Of a stretch of DNA of 38,829 nt, positions 35,759 through 38,829 are shown piece by piece (position 1 is the first letter of the stretch; each line of letters begins with the position of its first letter). Source of the DNA: Planctomycetota bacterium (GTDB lineage Bacteria; Planctomycetota; Phycisphaerae; Phycisphaerales; SM1A02); contig JADFGE010000001.1 of the NCBI GenBank assembly GCA_022567855.1, positions 1 through 38,829 on the forward strand. Direction: 5' to 3'. The position numbers and the translations under genes are program-made. The notes beneath the pieces are model-generated. The model had not been told where the DNA came from. It made no database searches and was given only the letters and a program-made list of their open reading frames with translations.

Positions 35759-36193
35759 TCAGCCGTCCGTCGCCTCGGCCGCCTTGCACACCACTTCCCA
35801 GGCCGTGGCGCCATCCTCCAGGGGCGCCAGCCGCAGTCGCTGCCGGATCGACATGCCATCGCCGCGATCCTCCCAGCGTATCTCGAAATCCCATGATGAC
35901 CCCTGGCGATGCTCACTGACAACCGTACCCCAGGCCACGCGGCGGACTGTCCCGCGCTTGTCTGAAACCGGGCCTTCATAATCCAGGTACGCCGGACGGT
36001 GATCGGCAATCCGCTCGGCGGCCATGCGCTGCCCCGGCTTCAATTCATCGATCCGCCTCGGAAGGCGGAAACTGATGAGCGGTTCTCGGCCGGCCTGATC
36101 GCGGGCGATCATCCAATCAACGTGGCTGGTTCCGTCGGGCAACTCGTGCAGCAATTGCACGGTCCGTCGGAAGTCTGTCCGGAGCGATGGCAT
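35759..36193 (-). CDS. LigD_N-like (DNA ligase D 3'-phosphoesterase-type) domain protein, stand-alone
   Basis: The pattern SHVDWMIARD ... LISFRLPRR ... AERIADHRPAYLDYEGPVSDKRGTVRRVAWGT parallels the LigD phosphoesterase motifs (HYDxRLE ... DHPLxYxxFEG ... G.V..WD.G) as I recall them. ATG at 36193. Confidence 0.45.
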   Translation of the reverse strand: MPSLRTDFRRTVQLLHELPDGTSHVDWMIARDQAGREPLISFRLPRRIDELKPGQRMAAERIADHRPAYLDYEGPVSDKRGTVRRVAWGTVVSEHRQGSSWDFEIRWEDRGDGMSIRQRLRLAPLEDGATAWEVVCKAAEATDG

Positions 36194-36283
36194 CTGAAGT
36201 GATCCTAGAAAGCCCGCCCCGGCGCATCTCGCCGCGTCGTCTGTATGATGCGTGTTCGTCCCCGCTATGGAGAGGGCAAAACC

Positions 36284-36934
36284 ATGCGACGAGTACTCGT
36301 CCAAGTGATCCTGCTGAGCGTCGCTGTACTGACCGCCTGTCAGCGGCCGGTCCATACCATCCGCCAAAGCGCTGATTTTAGCTTTGAACACGGTGATTAC
36401 GATACCGCGGCGACTGAGTACGCCCAAATCGCCGATCGCTACCCCGGCGATTGGCGGGCCCAATACCGCCTTGGGCTATGCCTGCTAGAGATCGACGAGT
36501 CGGCCCGAGCGCGCGACGCCCTGGAGGTCGCTTATTCCCACCGCCCGCAAGACTCCGGCATCGCCGAGGCCCTTGCCGAAGCAATGTTCCAGCAAGGCGA
36601 TGAGTCGCGTCTGTTTGCGTTCCTCCGGCAGCGGGCCGAGTCCACGCAGTCTCCTGGGGCGTACCTTTTACTCGCCCGGTATGCGCTGGAGCTGGGCGAT
36701 CCCGATTCTGCTCAGGTCGCCCTGGAGACGGCCATCGTGCTGGACGACGGCCAAACCGTCGAGCCGTACCTTGCCGCCGCCTCGTTCGCAGAACGCCTCG
36801 GCGACCTGGAAACCACGCTGCGCCGGCTTCGACAGGCCTACGGCATCGACCATGCTGACGCCCGCGTCATCCAGCGACTCAAAGATCTCGGTGAGATCCC
36901 CGGGCCGACCATCGCCCTGCCTCCCGGCCACTGA
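36284..36934 (+). CDS. TPR-repeat lipoprotein
   Basis: The ATG at 36284 is preceded by GGAGAG. Signal peptide with lipobox (LSVAVLTAC). TPR-like helices follow (DYDTAATEYAQIADRYPGDWRAQYRLGLCLLEIDE...). Confidence 0.65.
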   Translation: MRRVLVQVILLSVAVLTACQRPVHTIRQSADFSFEHGDYDTAATEYAQIADRYPGDWRAQYRLGLCLLEIDESARARDALEVAYSHRPQDSGIAEALAEAMFQQGDESRLFAFLRQRAESTQSPGAYLLLARYALELGDPDSAQVALETAIVLDDGQTVEPYLAAASFAERLGDLETTLRRLRQAYGIDHADARVIQRLKDLGEIPGPTIALPPGH

Positions 36935-36936
36935 CC

Positions 36937-37887
36937 ATGCCCCCGGTCTCCCCTACCCCTGCCCTACTGACGTGGCTTGCCACGCTCAGCGACCTGGCTC
37001 GTTTGCGCATCCTCCGCCTGCTTGCGACCGAAGAACTCAGCGTCGGCGAGCTTGCCCTGATTCTGCAACTGCCGCAATCGACCGTCAGCCGGCACCTCAA
37101 GCTCCTCAGCGACGGCGGGTGGATCGTCAAGCGCGCCGCCGGCACCGCCAGCCTCTATCGCATGGCCGTCGAGGCCCTCCCACGCATCGCCCAAGAACTC
37201 TGGGAGGCGACCAGTCATGGGCTGGGCGACTCGCCCACCTTCGACGAGGATGACCGCCGACTCGCCGAAATCCTCGCCCACCGCCGCACCGATTCCAAAG
37301 CCTTCTTCGGACACATCGGCGGTGAATGGGACGCGCTGCGCCGCCAGCTCTTCGGCGAGTCGTTCACGACCCAGGCCCTGGTCACCCTGCTCAATCCAAA
37401 GTGGATCGTCGCGGACCTCGGCTGCGGCACCGGCAACGTGACCGAGCACCTCGCGCCGATCGTCAAGCAGATCATCGCTGTGGACCGTGAGCCGGCCATG
37501 CTCGATGCCGCCCGCCGACGCCTCGGCTCGTTCTCCAATATCGAGTTCCGCCAGGGTGAGTTGACCAAGCTCCCCATCGCCGACGATCACGTCGATGCCG
37601 CGATCATGTTCCTCGTCGGGGTCTATCTGCCCGAGCCGGCCGAGGCGTTCGGCGAAATCGCCCGCATCCTCCGCCAAGACGGCGCGGCGTTGATCGTCGA
37701 TCTCACCCCACATGACCGAGAGTCTTATCGCCACACCATGGGCCATCAGCATCTTGGGTTCGATGAGAAGCAGATCAAACGATGGGCGAAAGCCGCCGGG
37801 CTCTTGGACGTCCGCTACCAACGTCTCAAACCCGACACCGCCGCCAAAGGCCCCGGCCTGTTCGTGGCGACGATGCGAAGACAATAG
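36937..37887 (+). CDS. ArsR/SmtB-family HTH regulator fused to a class I SAM-dependent methyltransferase
   Basis: HTH in LRLLATEELSVGELALILQLPQSTVSRHLKLLSDGGWI. SAM motif I in VADLGCGTGNV. The start is 2 nt after the stop codon of the TPR gene. Confidence 0.85.
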   Translation: MPPVSPTPALLTWLATLSDLARLRILRLLATEELSVGELALILQLPQSTVSRHLKLLSDGGWIVKRAAGTASLYRMAVEALPRIAQELWEATSHGLGDSPTFDEDDRRLAEILAHRRTDSKAFFGHIGGEWDALRRQLFGESFTTQALVTLLNPKWIVADLGCGTGNVTEHLAPIVKQIIAVDREPAMLDAARRRLGSFSNIEFRQGELTKLPIADDHVDAAIMFLVGVYLPEPAEAFGEIARILRQDGAALIVDLTPHDRESYRHTMGHQHLGFDEKQIKRWAKAAGLLDVRYQRLKPDTAAKGPGLFVATMRRQ

Positions 37888-37951
37888 TCGTCAGTGGTCG
37901 GTTGTCAGTCTCCAGCGAGTCGCGGTGTCACCCACACTCGCTGGTAGCATG

Positions 37952-38686
37952 CTAGAAATTCCGAACAAGATGTCGCTTGATTTCGCACATCTCTGATTCG
38001 GCGTCGTCGGCATCGTTGACCGTCTCCGCGATAACTTCGTGTAGCAGGTTCACGGCACGACGCTTGACGACTTGAACCGCAGCCGCGGCCAGGGGTGCTG
38101 ACCGGAAACCAGTGGCTGCGAGTAGATCTGCCAACGGTGGAGGATCATTTCCGCTGATGGCTGGTTGAAGGACGCGCCGCTCGAACAGGGTCCAATGGGC
38201 GCTGCGACCGGTATTCGTGAAATGTTGTTCACATCGACGTAACGCTTCTTCCAGAAGACCGACGGCCCAGCGGCTCTCGAATCGACTCTCACCATTGTCT
38301 GCACCGTTTCCCGGGAACCGGTTCTCTTCCTGATCGATCTGTTCAATCGTGATCGTTTGGCCTTTGCCGCGTGCGACGTCACGACGATGGTGATCGATGC
38401 AGTAATTACTGAGCGCGGCCAGTAGGAGTGTTCTCAAGCGTCCTCGATTCGAGCTTGCCTGGTCGAACAATCTTCGTCCCAACACGATGTCAGCGAAAAA
38501 TGATTGGGTGAGATCGGCGGCGGTATCAGGCCGAGCCCCTCGGCCACGAAGGAACGAATACACCGGTGGCCAGTATTTGCTGAGGAGCGCCTCCATCGCC
38601 TCTTGGCGTTCGGCCTCGTCGCCTGTCCCTAAAGCGCGAATCTGTGTCCATGAGGTTGTTCCAAACCGATCACAGACGGTTGCCAT
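37952..38686 (-). CDS. ECF-type RNA polymerase sigma factor
   Basis: The ATG at 38686 is preceded by GGAGGAGGA. Region-2-like sequence EALLSKYWPPVYSFLRGRGARPDTAADLTQSFFADI. The C-terminal part resembles region 4. Confidence 0.7.
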   Translation of the reverse strand: MATVCDRFGTTSWTQIRALGTGDEAERQEAMEALLSKYWPPVYSFLRGRGARPDTAADLTQSFFADIVLGRRLFDQASSNRGRLRTLLLAALSNYCIDHHRRDVARGKGQTITIEQIDQEENRFPGNGADNGESRFESRWAVGLLEEALRRCEQHFTNTGRSAHWTLFERRVLQPAISGNDPPPLADLLAATGFRSAPLAAAAVQVVKRRAVNLLHEVIAETVNDADDAESEMCEIKRHLVRNF

Positions 38687-38829
38687 CGCTATAGATCCTC
38701 CTCCAAGAGGCGCCAAGGTACATGCTAGCATGTCGACCCCTCAACGAGTCGAAAGATTATGCAGAATACCGCAGGTCGAACGGCTGCTGAAACCTGCGCC
38801 CTGCCGAGCGATGCGTAGAACGATGAGAA

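Noticed and set aside
36964-37884. 306-aa minus-strand ORF covering the ArsR-methyltransferase gene
   Set aside because: The plus strand has a clear ArsR HTH and SAM motif I. The minus-strand ORF is a high-GC antisense artefact.

Overview
This is a high-GC bacterial chromosomal window with about 36 protein-coding genes. I found no rRNA, tRNA, CRISPR array, transposase or integrase. The gene content suggests Planctomycetota, which is an inference only: a PEP-CTERM anchored protein, a DUF1573 protein, a membrane Ser/Thr kinase with WD40 repeats, an ECF sigma factor and a PSP1 protein.

Most of the window is housekeeping:
- nadC-birA
- a yhhQ-like queuosine-precursor transporter
- a HIT protein
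- glutamate dehydrogenase
- clpB
- a four-gene kynurenine-pathway operon (ACMSD-kynU-kmo-kynB)
- an unusually long signal peptidase I
- PSP1/RicT
- pqiAB-like genes
- feoAB plus a small Cys-rich ORF
- hslV without hslU
- PilZ and Bfd-like proteins
- an ArsR-methyltransferase fusion

The accessory content is a HepT/MntA toxin-antitoxin pair placed directly behind clpB, and a two-gene cassette at about 29.7-32.9 kb. That cassette is an 891-aa gamma-class N6-adenine DNA methyltransferase with a specificity domain and a long N-terminal region carrying a D-X9-D-X-K motif, which resembles an MmeI-type single-chain restriction-modification enzyme. It is translationally coupled to a catalytically intact PIN nuclease that has no antitoxin gene.

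This cassette is my best candidate for an undescribed defence-type system, but the call rests on motif reading alone. Several non-coding structures are also recorded: perfect palindromes, a G-quadruplex-type heptad repeat, mutually exclusive hairpins and one clear intrinsic terminator. All gene calls come from motifs read by eye in the supplied translations, and no database search was run.
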